Source of the DNA: Rhodosorus marinus CCMP1338
Lineage: Eukaryota > Plantae > Rhodophyta
Assembly: GCA_029953675.1 (NCBI GenBank)
Contig: JAMWBK010000003.1
Location: 1,116,001 to 1,180,000 of the forward strand
DNA: 64,000 nt
Direction of reading: 5' to 3'
Shown piece by piece: positions 50,227 through 62,982 of the stretch (position 1 is the stretch's first letter; each line of letters opens with the position of its first letter). The notes under the pieces were generated by a model. It ran no database searches and was not told the DNA's origin. It saw only the letters and a list, made by a program, of their open reading frames with translations. The position numbers were made by a program, and so were the translations under genes.

Positions 50227-53200
50227 ATGCAGCGTAGGGATATTTTAGCAGAGGATTTAGCAAGAGGTAAAACCCCGACGGCGTGGTATAGTGAGGAATA
50301 TCAAAAAAAAGTTGTCTGGAGATAATGGATCAGGCGATTGAGGAGAGTGAAATCCCTCATGAAGAAGGAACGGAAGGAGGTACCTCTTTCCCTGAGCTCT
50401 CAGCCAGAAAGGCCGTGCTCTTTTCTTAAAGACGCGCATGTGTCTGTTCTGGTATCGAAAGTGTATGTTTCTGTATACGCGAAGGGAAAGGACTTTGGTG
50501 TTGCTTATTTTGACCCTGTCGATCAAGAGCTTTTCCACTGCTAGTACGATGAGTGCCACTGTCACTAGCGTGTGCTTTTTTTTAGTTTTCTTTTTTCTTA
50601 TTTGATCGCTCCGAGCTCATGCGCGTGCTCCATGTCCAGCGTGAAGAATTCAGAAGCTCCGCATAGCACGCTTCGGTCAGTCCTTGACGGAATACCCAGG
50701 AAAATCTTTATTCTTTCGAACAAGGTAATAAGCCAACGGTCTGCTAAATACCTCGATTACCAAAGGACCTGGTCCAAGCTGAGGTTTCGCTTGCTCACCG
50801 AGTCCTTTGCGTAGACGAAGTCCTTGCTGAGCAAAATGTCTTTCGAGGGAGGAGGTACGCACGGAGTGGCCTATCCACCAAGAAAATAAACGCCTAACCT
50901 ATCTTAGGGGGAAATCACACCCAGACCGAAGCTCGAGTTCGTACAGAACACAGGGTGTTGAGAGCCCAGGAGCAGATGTGACCGAATCATCCTGCAGCTT
51001 TGGTCAAGTGGAAACGGCGACCATAATCCAGGCCTCTGAATTCAACTACGAGACCGCCAAGCATCGAGTTACCACAATATCGGTTGCTGGAATGCGAAAC
51101 GATCTTTCTCACCAGGAAAGGCTCAACTATCTTTCATCCAAGTTAGACTTCACTGTACATACTCCGGTCCAAGCGCTCGGCGGCCTAGTCTCCTTTTTGA
51201 TCAAGAACAATCTCTTTCGCACATCCCAAGGTTCGCCCTGTACAGCAACGTCTGATCAATGCGTGTTTGTAGTCGTTTCTCCAAACCCTTGTATCCGGCA
51301 TGTTGCTCTGCAAACAGGAGCCCCTTTCTATGTGAACGACATCAAGAGGTTTGTGCCAGAGAATCTAGTAGTCCTCGGTGAGCTTACAATCCGAGGGCTG
51401 CAGGTGTTCCACGAGAACCCACATCCCGCGATCTCGGGCAGCTTGAAATCCAAGGAGAGTTCGTCTCTATACGGAGTGGCAGACAAAACTAAGAGCTTTC
51501 ACGGAAAGCGGCTCCTACGCAAGTGGTTTCACTTTCCCCTAACGGATCCAGAGGCAATAACTTCACGACTGGATGCCATCGGAGGACTCCTAGCGCCACA
51601 CGCTATTTCTCTGCACAAGGAAATGTCACAGGCACTATGTGGCATCCGGAATGTGAAACTCTCAACTCAGAAGTAAGATACGTGCACGGAATCGCGCCAT
51701 TGGAGTCAGCCTCATATTTGCCTTGACGCTCCAGAATTGTTCAGGGTGGGTCTAGCGTCAACGACTTGGCGAACGTGTACAACAGTGCAGTTTCGATTCT
51801 TCGCCTTCGCGATATTTGTTGCTCTCTGGAAGCACCCAATTTCAAAAACCGGGTAATTTGCTTCTCGAGCGAATCAGCGCACGCCATACCTGCAAAAACT
51901 GGGCTGATTCCAGTTGCGCTCAGGCCTTCGACATGTTAGTTCAGACAGGGGACCCCGACTGTATCCGGCAACTTCGAGATTTGCTAGAAGAATCAATCAA
52001 CTTTGCGGACTCAAAAGTGGAGGGAAAAGTGTGTATCAGGGATGGCTTTGACCAAGACGTTGACAGCTTAAGGCACTCCTATATGGGTCTAGACAGTTTT
52101 CTCACGAACGTTGGAATTCAAGAGATGAAAAGGTTTTGTCAATCACGAGGGCCAGCTCTTGAACCGAGTCCTGAACAAGTGCGAATTTCATCAGTACCTT
52201 AAGCATCTTGTCTTCAACGCCCACATGCAAATCAGACTGCGGAGAGATGGGTTTCTGCTCAGCAAGTTGCACGTCATCTACTATCCGCAAATCGGATACT
52301 TAATTGTGCTCGATGTCGAGGTTCTTGAAGATTCATCTCTGGACACTGGAGAGTCAAACCTGAAGAGAATCGACCTTGACTACATGTTTTCCTCCAAGAA
52401 CCATTTGTACTATAAGAGCAAAATCATGTACGAGCTTGACAACGAACTTGGGGACATTCATGGGATCCTCGTTGTAAGCAACCCAATCAAAGAAGCCATT
52501 GGCATTTCCATCCTGCGTCTTCTGTTTTGAAAACCAGCCTCAACCTGGTCGATCAGGACGCTCAAGCCAAGGTTCTCGAGAAAATTCTGGAACAACTCAG
52601 GCCTATATTTCCTAGTTTGCTTGACGCTGTCGATGCAGCGTCAGAAGCTGATTGCCTCCTGTCACTCGCCATAACCGCTAGAGAATTGAACTGGGTGCGT
52701 CCAACATTCGATCGAGACTGTTGCATTGAAATCACAGAAGGGCGGCATCCTCTTGTGGAAGCTGTAGATTCGTCGTTCGTCCCAAATTCTTCAACCTGCG
52801 GTAAAGGGGAAGTCCACCTTGTCACAGGGCCGAACCTCAGCGGAAAAAGCGTCTATCTTAAGCAGGTAAACGCAGTTATGTGCACCGACGCGCAAACTCC
52901 ACATTCATCAGGTCCTCTTCTAACTGCTTTACAACGTGCTGGCGTAGGTTGCGCATGTCGTCTACCTCGCTCAAATCGGCTCATACGTACCTGCTTTTAG
53001 CGCCAAGCTCGGATTGTTCGAAAGCATATTCACAAGATTGTCAAGTCCTCAAAGTGTCTCAGAGCAACGATCGTCCTTCCTCCTGGACTGCTCCCAGGTG
53101 ATTCTTTTTTATCCAACACCGCTGATATCTTGACATGATGATGAAGCACATCTCGTTGAGGTGTTAACACGCGCGCTCTTGCGTCCTTGACGAGCAGATC

Positions 53201-53903
53201 ACAGAAGGTTTGACCTTCCGGAACCGGCGAAACCTCGTGATCATCGATGAATTTGGGAAGGGGACAAGCGAGGCGGATGGAATCGCCCTGATGGCATCTG
53301 TTATATCCGAATTTTTAACAGCACGAGAGGTGATAGATGCGAATACGACTTCACAACTGGTCGCCGTGAAATTACTTGTAGCTAACTCGTCCTCCTCGCG
53401 TGCCTGTGCAGTCGTCAACAGTACTCCTGATGAGCACGCACTTCCATGAAGTCATTGCCTCAAACTTAATACAAGATCCGTTCAACCGCCTTAAACTATT
53501 CTCCATGAGGACTTTGGTGAAGGAGACTTCATCAGTTGATGACCTCCTCCCCAGGTAACGAGCGATTCCCACGTCTTTCGTATTTCTTTAATTACTGATC
53601 TGCAGTGGCATGCGAGGGTTTCCATCCAGCAAGCAAGTGGCTTACTTGTACAAGCTCGAACGTGGGCTTCTTTCAAGCGAGTCCCATGCGGTCTCATGTG
53701 CCCTGCTTTGTGGAGTGGACAAGAAAGTTCTGAGAAGGTTTCTTCAGGTCCGTGACTGCATATCAAAGTGCAGGCCGGTTGAATCCGAGGAAAATGGTCC
53801 ATGGGATCGAGCTCGTAAAGCCGAGATTGCGTCCATAGTCCGATCTTTCGAGCAATTTGATGTGGAGAACGGCGACCTGGATTCGCTCCTCTCGAATCCA
53901 TGA
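50227..53903 (+). CDS. MSH5: MutS homolog 5 (meiotic crossover factor), multi-exon
   Basis: LQVFHENPHPA...KESSSLYG...GKRLLRKWF, VIYYPQIGYLI, EGRHPLVE, TGPNLSGKSVYLKQV, IIDEFGKGTSEADG and STHFHE. No N-terminal mismatch-binding domain was seen, as expected for MSH4/5. Confidence 0.9.
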
Positions 53904-54278
53904 ACCAACTCGTCCCGGTCTAAACAGGCCTATTCGACGATGCTTAACGCAAGAGCAGTCACTGAAGCAGTCACAAACGCTATCTAAAGCTAAATCAAAC
54001 AAAGCTACAATCAAACGAATTTAAAGATGACCACGCCCATACCGGAACCCCAACCCTAACTGATTGCTTCACTCGCGCCGATTCCAGAGCCGAACGACCA
54101 AACGAATGTCACTCTGCACTTAAATTCGAGCTGCATGCTCATGAAGAGGCCATTGGCGATCCTGATTGTAACCATCTACGGGCAACATATCAAACAAAAG
54201 GGACTGCCAGAATTTGAGGCGGACTCAAGAGCTGTTATCTTCGGTTTGGGTTGATGCTCACACCTGCTGCTTCGTGAC

Positions 54279-55767
54279 ATGAGTGGAGAAAATCTGCTCC
54301 TCGACGCTGTTGCGGGGTTTGCTGGACATGTAAGTCGTCGGGTTTCGGATCTGAACGGCGCAATAGAATCGCAGAGATGCAAATTGCTGAACAATTGCAC
54401 ATCAGCGGCGCCCAAAACTAACAGAAAATTCGAGGTGAGGGGCTTAGATCGGCCGTCTGTAAATTTTCTGAAGGTCTGATCCGTCCTCGAGTTTCTTTTC
54501 ATCCTTCTTTTTCTATTTCGACTTTAGCTCCCTGGACATCCATTTGTGAACTTCTTTTCACGATTTTTCGTGGCAAATGCGCGCGAGCCTGACCAGGAAA
54601 ACACGACATACTTTGCTGCCGTTGACCGAATCATTGCAGTAGGAGACATCCACGGCGACTTGGGTGCGCTCAGAAACGTGCTGAAATTGTCCAAACTCAT
54701 AGGCAGTAACGATGAGTGGGTATGCGAGATACTGCGTCAATCTCTGGCAATGGTCCGTGCTTCTTATCCCATTCCTTCTGGCTCGTGGGTAGGTTGGCGG
54801 TGGAACTGTTCTTGTCCAAGTAGGAGATTTGCTCGACCGTGGGGATCAAGAGCGAGCCGCCTTTGAGCTGCTTCTGAAATTGAGAGAAGATGCCAAGAAG
54901 CATGGAGGTGCTGTCCATATACTCCATGGGAACCATGAGATACTGAACGTTTCACTCGATTTTCGTTACGTGACACCTGGTGGATTTGTCGATTTCGAGC
55001 CCTTAGCAGACCAAGCGAACGAGAAACTCGGAAAGCTTCCACCCGCAATAAGTGAGGTAGGCATGATACTGGGCGAATCACATAGACTCAAAACTCGTGT
55101 CTCCATCATAGTCACTCAACCTCAAGAACTCTCATCGTGTTGATTGAGCAGACAATCAAGGGACTACCCGAGTTCATGCGGTCGCGCGCGTGGTCGCTTC
55201 GGCCTGGTGGGCCGTTCTCAAACAGAATATCCAAGAATCAACTTGCGATTGTGATTGGAGAAAACGTGTTTGTTCATGGCGGGCTTCGTCCAACACACTT
55301 GGCCGAGCCGGGAGCCCTGGAGACAATGAACGGCGCATGTCGTGCGTGGATGCAAGGACGCACTGAAAAACCATCATCCTTGAAGACTGGCAAGAGCCCT
55401 GTGTGGATGAGGAGTTACTCTTTGGGATCACCGAAGATTGGATCTGACGAATGCAATACTCTTCAAGCTTCGCTTGATCTGATTCCAGCGAAACGAATGA
55501 TTGTTGGGTACGGTTCTTCATGATCAATTATGTCAACACAATGTTACCAGATACTGAAAGAGTACTTCTTAAATATTTATCCTGCTCAGACACACGCCAC
55601 AGCAACAGGGAATTAACGCAGCTTGCGCCGGAAAAGTCTGGAGAATAGACACCGGAATGTCCGCCGCATACGGAGGTCCCCCGGAGGCCCTCGAGATTAC
55701 TAAACGGAGAATACGTGTACTTACCGCAAAAGGCTGGCGCTCAGCCCATTCCCGCTCATTAAACTAA
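54279..55767 (+). CDS. Shewanella-like protein phosphatase (SLP, PPP family), probably organelle-targeted
   Basis: GDIHGD, QVGDLLDRG, GNHE, FVHGG, RMIVG|HTPQ and WRIDTGMS, with an N-terminal extension. Confidence 0.9.
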
Positions 55768-55796
55768 ACTAGGAAGTTTCCTAGTTTAGTTTAATG
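55757..55796. repeat. Perfect 19-bp inverted repeat with 2-nt spacer, overlapping the SLP stop codon
   Basis: CATTAAACTAAACTAGGAA-GT-TTCCTAGTTTAGTTTAATG. Confidence 0.95.
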
Positions 55797-57230
55797 TAAG
55801 TATTAGCGCTTATTATGTCGAGCAAATAAAGGAACCCATGTTTTTCATTCACCTTCCCCGTCATCTGTATGGAAGCTATTGCCTTATACCCATTGCCCGC
55901 TGTTGGGAACTTGTCGGATGACACGGGCTCTCCCAAAAGTAGATCGGAGCGTATGCCCATGTTCTAACTTAGTACTATTTTTCTTCAGAAGAAGGAGTCT
56001 GAACACCAGAAACAGATGTTGTCTAGAAATAGATAGTTTTGTCATAAGACATGCTTATTTAATGTTCGTGCGTAGAATATATTATTGAACATGAGAAAAA
56101 TTTGTTTCAGGTCGATGATTCTTTAACCTAGAATAGTCTGTTGTCAAAATTCGTGTACCCAGAAAAAGATTTTTTTTGAACTATTGGTTTCTACATTTGG
56201 GAGAGGTTGACGATGAAACCCACAATAGGAATTTACGTTTTGATCCGACTGGTCAGTATATAATCGAGGTTGTCGTAATTGCAAGGGTTTTGGAAGGGAT
56301 TGAGGGGATATCTTTGCGCACGGGCAATGTCTCTCAAATGAGGTTCTACCGATGAGCGACTATTGCTGGTTGAAAACTATTCCAACCGCGCCCGTTCACT
56401 ACATGTGACCGTGGCAATTTTTGGCTACAACTCTCCCCCTGTGGTTTTTCTTTGATCAAGAACGTTCCGTTTGCTGTGTGTCTGTAGGGACCGGGAGCGG
56501 TTCACAAGCTTGTGCTTTTTGAATAGTTGTTTTCGCACAGGTAGAGTAGGTTCACGGCGGACTAATTTTGCAGTACAAGTAATCGAATGGTCAGGACCGG
56601 CCGATGCGTACGATTGATCTCTCACAGGCAGTATGTGAACACACAAAACCGGAAGAAAAGCTTGCGCTTAGAACGCTAGCGTAAAGTTCAGGAGTTTGAC
56701 GGAAAGAAATCGAAATGAGTAGATAAGGCTCATCGACGTGGTTCGTATTGAAGCTAAGTATGGGACGCCTCTCCAACCTTATGACGAAGAGATGCTCTTG
56801 CCGCTATTGGACATTGTTGCGATGCTAGATGGGGCTGACAAAGTCCCACCCTCCAGCGGGTTAAGGGTCTATTGAAGTGCTAAGGTCTGTGTGGTCGCTA
56901 CTGCCAGTGTTGACATGCCGCTCTCAGAGGCCGGTCTGGTACGGAGCGATTTCTAGAAAAGTGATCCCAGCCCCTACAAACCGTAATCATCTTTGTATAA
57001 ACTGCTGCGAACAGCGTATAGTACTTAAGAACTGGTGACGTGGTCCAACTGCCTGCGGCATAAATGCGCTTCTGTTAAGGGTGCAAGGCTTCCAATCGGA
57101 GAAGCGCTTCAGTACGACATACGACGAGATCTAAACACGATAAACAGCGTGGGCCGTCGGCGGCACTCCGCGTAAACATCCCGCCCTCAATGTACTGCGC
57201 TGCATATCGTCCTCAGCTGGGGTCAGCTAA

Positions 57231-57385
57231 ACAGGGGATGGAGTGCGAACACCTTTGACACGCATGGGCTCCGAGCTTCTATAAGGATGTTGGCTCTTCA
57301 AACTGTGAAAGCTCCGCCCGCAAGATACCATCACTGCATCCCGCCCAGGGACAGGAACTGGAGTGCACACGCCTTTCACACGCAT
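57231..57385. repeat. Imperfect direct repeat with exact 120-bp period
   Basis: GGAGTGCGAACACCTTTGACACGCAT (57240) vs GGAGTGCACACGCCTTTCACACGCAT (57360): 22/26 identical, both preceded by ACAGG. Confidence 0.7.
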
Positions 57386-59413
57386 AACTACTGACGTTGC
57401 GCTTACATACAATCTCCGCTGGGACAGGCTGTTCCTGCAACAACATGTAGCCCATATAGAACAGAAAGGGAAAGATTCAGAACGCATTCCGGGAAGTTTG
57501 GAAAACAAATTCTGATTCTCAACATTCCAAAAGGGACCCATCATGTGTGCTTGGTTTTTGCAATCATTGCGTTATGCGTTCAGACGAACGAGATCCCGTA
57601 AATTTAATCCTATGGGTGATTGTTCCCCTTTCAGAAGCCAAGTTTAGAATCGGCATATTGCCTACGTACCTTTCGTCGGGGTCGCAACTCGGTAGTCCTA
57701 ATCCGATTACGTGTACAAGCTCACCGCGCATCGGTCCCGGTTCCACACGCATCCGATCTCTTCAGGACACCCAGCCTACCTCCAGACCAACCTGACGCAA
57801 CAAAATCGTGAAGCGCACCATGATACCGCCATCCTTTTGAAAACGAGTCAGTGGATCTCCCGCTACCGTCCTCAAATGAACCTATGAGAAGACCATGCTA
57901 CCGATGACTAATACATTAGAATCAACAAGTGCATATTAAAAACAGTCTTGCTGCCAAGGAGTCATTCACGTGGTTCCAACCTCGCATCAACAACAGCTCA
58001 ATCCCAAGACCAGGAGCTAGTTCTCCCCACTCATAATGTAAGAGCGTCTCAGTCAACATTCTACTAGGTTAATTGATGTCGCCGTTGGCGGTTTTGATAA
58101 AAAAAAAAAGAGTCCATCGATACCTCCACCCTGAAGCATACTTTTACTAAATGGGCGGGAATTCATCCAATATATTTGCTACACATGTTTCTAAATAGTT
58201 CACGAAGCTTTGCTATTGGGCAATCCAAAAAGCGCTTGATGCAAGGATTTTTCGAAATAAGTGACACAGTAATGTGAAAATCTAAAGTTTGTAGTCGCAT
58301 AAGAGATATTGTATTCAAGCACAGGCCTTAAACACAGGCAAACATTCAACCAGCAAAACAAAGCAAACATAGTTTGAGGGGTAGAATCGCTAGAGGTCGA
58401 GAGACTGATTTCACAAAAGTACTAAAACTCGGCTATTCCAAGTGGGGCTTAGGGATATATGTCAATGAAAAAACCCCTGTCCACGTCTATATACCACCCC
58501 CGTCGGAATTTTACACTCTACCTCCTTCCCCCCCCCCTTTAGAGAGGACATGACGTAAGCGGAGTATTTCAGCTTAATAATTAGTTAAAAATGAAAGTAG
58601 AGTTTGCAAATGGTGTACAAGAATCCAAAAAATGTGCATCTAACAATCCGCCAACGCTGAAGGCTGAAATTTTCCTCTAAAATCAAAAATTTTGGTTTAG
58701 GTGACGCTTAAAGAATTTTTTTGTATGCCAAACCCCTCGACTCCTGAAAAAAATCACCCTATGAAAAACCCCCCGTTTTCAACCATGAAATTGGGAAACC
58801 TAAAGAAATGTCCCAGAAGAAACCTCGTCTTTCGAAGGCCAGGAGAGACGAAAATGGAAAGGTTCGAGAACGGAATGCAAATTGCCCACCATGGGGTTAA
58901 TTATATCTAGTTTTAGAATTAGCTGTATGGACCAGAAACTCACGGGAGGGGGGGGTTGAATTTCGTTTCGAATGGGGTTCACGTCGGACGGGTTCCGGGG
59001 AAGAAGATGGGCTGGAGATATATATCGGTCTGGAGGTGAATGGAATTTCTAAGTGTAGTTTTGTGGAAGTTGAACAATTTTTCTTGGGGGGTTTGGCAAG
59101 GGAAACAGGAGAGAGGTCTTTTTTCATTTAAGGAGGAGGGTTGGACAGAGTTGCAAGTTGTGGATTTGGATTTGGTCTGATCCTCGGTATTTCTTGAGGA
59201 AAGGAGGGAGATCAGATTCGGGTGGTTTGTGGCGGATCCGTGTGGCAGTGCTGGAAGGAGGTGTGATAGGATATGTTAGAGTTGGTCGTGGCGGGGATGA
59301 TCTGATTTGGTTGGTTTTGAAAAGTTTTTTTTTCGTAATTCAGAGTTTGGAGGGAGTGAGTTCGTGCTTTTTGTTGTTGGCTTTGCTGAGATCGGATCTG
59401 CTGGAGTGGAAAG

Positions 59414-61789
59414 ATGGTTGAGAACGCGGAAGCAACGGAGGCTGTTGTAAGCGGTGAGAACTCTACAAAGGTAAGTCGTCTGAGTTATCAAGCTGCTTCT
59501 GTTTGGTTTTCTGTTGTCTCTTCATCTTTGGGTAATCGAGGTCGATTATAACACTGTCGTGGAAGGAGTTTTCGAGCTCTCCCGATTTTGGAGATCGTGA
59601 GTTCTAGTGTATTCTGACCTGTGCTTTTTTGGCTTTAAAAATTTTTCATTTAGGGAATGAGTCGGGCTGTGAAGGATCTTAGGGATGCTGGTAATGCTCA
59701 CGTGGCCAAGGGAGCTTGGTCGCGGGCTATTAACTGCTACAACAAGGCAATAGAGCTTGATGGAAACAGTGCACCCCTTTTCAGCAACCGCGCTGCGGCA
59801 GAATACCTGAACCAAGCGTATGATGCTGCATTTGAGGATTCTTTAAAGGCGATCTCCATTGATCCAACGTGGTGGAAGGGCTATAAATGGAAGGGTCTGT
59901 CGTTGATAAAGCTCAAGCGCTGGGTGGAAGCTGTAGAAGTCCTGGAGAAAGCTTGTGAGCAGTTTTCCGATGTTGCTGAACTCAACGAGAATCTGGAGAC
60001 TGCGAGGAACGAACTGGAACATGCCCAGAACTTGCTCTACGTTCTTCCGGGTCCGGAGATGATGAAGAAGCTTGATGGAATTCCCGTGTTCATTGTTACA
60101 GATGAACAGGGACAACCCTTCTTCATAACATACGAAGACGGACAGCAGGTAGGTGGCGCTGGGTCTCGTGTACTTCCGCGCCGTTTCGAAAAACTATCTT
60201 TCTGACCTGCCGTTCCGGCTCATGTCCAACTAGGTTTGTACATTTTATTTCCAACACAGCGATGCGGTTTCAACCTTGGATTGGATCAAAGAGGAGAACC
60301 CGTCTCTGGGAGAGAGGGCTGTGGTTGTAGTGATTTCTCTCTCGCAAGCTTTTCAAATGGCGCAAGACACACAGCAGCAGTACCAGAAGGAGGAGGAAGC
60401 CGCGGCTGCCAAGAAGGCGGCAGAAGCGGAGACGCAAGGTGAAGAAAATGCTGTGGAGAATGGGGAAAATGAGAAGCCTGCCGGGGAGGAACCGGCTCCC
60501 GAAACGCAGGAGGCGGAGAGCAAACCCTCTGCAACTACAGAAGAGAGTACAGGTGATGCTGAGATAGCTGCTGGTGCGGTTGAACCCAAGGCCGGTGGCG
60601 AAGATGCTGAGAAAGCGAAGGATGATGACGTGCTGGATGCTGATGTTCCCTTGGCGTTCCAGTTCCGACCGGAACTCAGTCAGGTTGGTATCCCACTAGA
60701 GAAATTACGACATGGAGGAATTGGCTCCGCTACCAGGCTGGGGGCGTGTTTGAAGTGTACTGCGCGCGCTGAACTGATTCCTCCTGATCTGCTCACCGCT
60801 CCAGGTTGAGGCGGCTGTCGAACTTCACAACAACGAGAGTTTGAGAAAGCTTTTCAAACCAGAGTTGTCTGAGGAGAGTACAGAAGGGCAGGGCAAAGAG
60901 GGCGGAGAGGAGTCCAAGGATGAAAAGGAGGACTCCGCCAAAGTTGCTGACTCGCCGGTTACACCAGATGTCGAGGAACCCAAGAAGGAAGAAGCCGAAC
61001 CGGTTGCGGAAACGGAGACAGCAGAGGCAGAAAAACCCGAGGACGTGGCTGCGGCTGATGCGGATCCAAACGAAGAGGAGGTCACTGTTGATAACTTCAA
61101 CGGAATCCCGATCTTCCAGGCAAGAGGATTGACGCTCTTGCTTAGTGGCAAGCGGTTTATTCCTCTGTTTTTCTCGAAGAAGGACCTCGAGGACGCTTGG
61201 ATACAGCTCAACAAGACGGTCACCGAGGGTATTCCTGAAGAGACTGAAATTGACGTCGGGACTCTGGAGGAGGTGCTGCGACGCATGGTCGACGGAGACG
61301 CCAAGGAGTTTGAGAACGTGATTTTTGTTCCCACTCACAAGTCATTGGAGAAGGTCGGCCGGTAAGGATTGGTTGCACGTTCTAAGATGGGAAGTTTCTA
61401 GCTTTCTCTACTGACCGGGTTGGTTTTGTTCAATATCTTCCAGCGACTTCCCTCTGGATCACTTGACAAACTCAGCATTTTTCGGAAGAAAAAAGATGAG
61501 CGCTTTTGTCGAGGCGAAGAAGATAGCCGCTGTCGGCGGAAGCAAAGAAGCCGTGAGAGAAGCGATTCAGAAGGAGCTTATCCAGCGAGTTGATAAGGAG
61601 AGATATGCCGAGCAGTTGGATAGTATTTCGAAATCCGTGAAGAAGCCAGTGATTAACAAGCCCATCGCATCGAAAGCGGCGGTGAAGCCGAGGAAGAAGA
61701 GAGATCCCCTCGCTGCGAGAACTGCGCAGGTCAGCGCAGCGGCCTCAACACCAGACGCGCCAAGTGATAATACGCCGGCATCGTCGTAG
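59414..61789 (+). CDS. TPR-Tic22 fusion protein with acidic insertions, ~5 exons
   Basis: N-terminal 3xTPR (RDAGNAHVAKG, LFSNRAAA, WWKGYKWKG) runs in one ORF into Tic22-like KKLDGIPVFIVTDEQGQP; later AFQFRPELSQ|VEAA, FNGIPIFQA, IPLFFSKKDLEDA, IDVGTLEEVL and VIFVP. Confidence 0.8.
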
Positions 61790-62982
61790 ACCTGCATTCG
61801 GCTGCTCTAAAGCGAGGGCGTCTCTTACCGCGTTCGGGTTTGCTTTCTAAAAGCCAAGGCCCTGAACGCGCAGCACTATTTTGTCCAGATAGACAGTGCT
61901 TATGCTCCGAGGCGAGACGGGATTTTGCGTTGCTGGCGCAATGGACACGGGTGACTAGGGAAGCCTTGGCTTCGTTACCAAGGCCTTGCTCCTGAAATTT
62001 GAACAACCTCTCACAACGTGTAAGAAAATAAACTATCCTATTGCCCAGCAGATCTTTGGGAATATGCCTAGCTTTTGTGTAAACTGAACAAACCCCGGCC
62101 GCGTCCCATTCAGAGCTTTACAATGTTGAAATCCCCCCTTTTGCCCAACGTGATTTTCAAACAGGCCTAATTAGTAATGATATTTAAGAATATATTACAA
62201 ACAAATTGGGAGTCATCCCCCCCGGTGTCAATTCGCACAGTTTTCCCTGCGAAAAGCTGACTCGATATGTGCGAGCGCTGACTGCCGGCCATCGGGGGAA
62301 GCAAGCAATGATTGATATAAAAACCAGCACCGTAGTAGCTAATCAGAGAGCGGAGATGCACAGACCAGCGCAAAATCAGCAAAGAATTTACAGAACAGCA
62401 CGCGCAATGGAAAGCCGTCCCAACCCAATTGTCCGTAAAACCATGGCAACTGATCCACATCAATCAAGTGGCAGAGTATCTTGCAACTACTTAGCAGAGC
62501 AAATACCCAGACCGATTGACTTTCCATATCAATGAACTTACCCCGATCTTTATCAGAAGCGTCGAAATGAGAATGTTGTCCCAATACCAGCACGCAACAC
62601 CCACCCCACCTCCCCCCTCGCTCGTCACCGTTGGGATCGGTGGGTAGCACCGTTCGGGAGGGTCAATAGAATCCTATTGGATGAAATATTTTCTCATTGG
62701 GGGGCCCAATGGGAATACTTTCGTTGAACGTCAATGAGTTAGGGAGGGTTTTCAAGGACTTATTAGTAGAAGGATGAAGTGAAAGAGGGTGAGGAGAGGA
62801 AGGGCGGTGAGTGCTGATGAGGATTGAAATATCAGCTAGGAGGACAAAACCTGGATTGTGGTAATTAGGGGTTCTTGGATGCGTAGGAGGTTTTATTGGG
62901 CGTGGGGAGGGGCAGGATTGCGAGGTTTGACACGAGTCGGGAGGAGTTGAGTTGATTTATTTACTTTTGTGTGTTTATTTCG

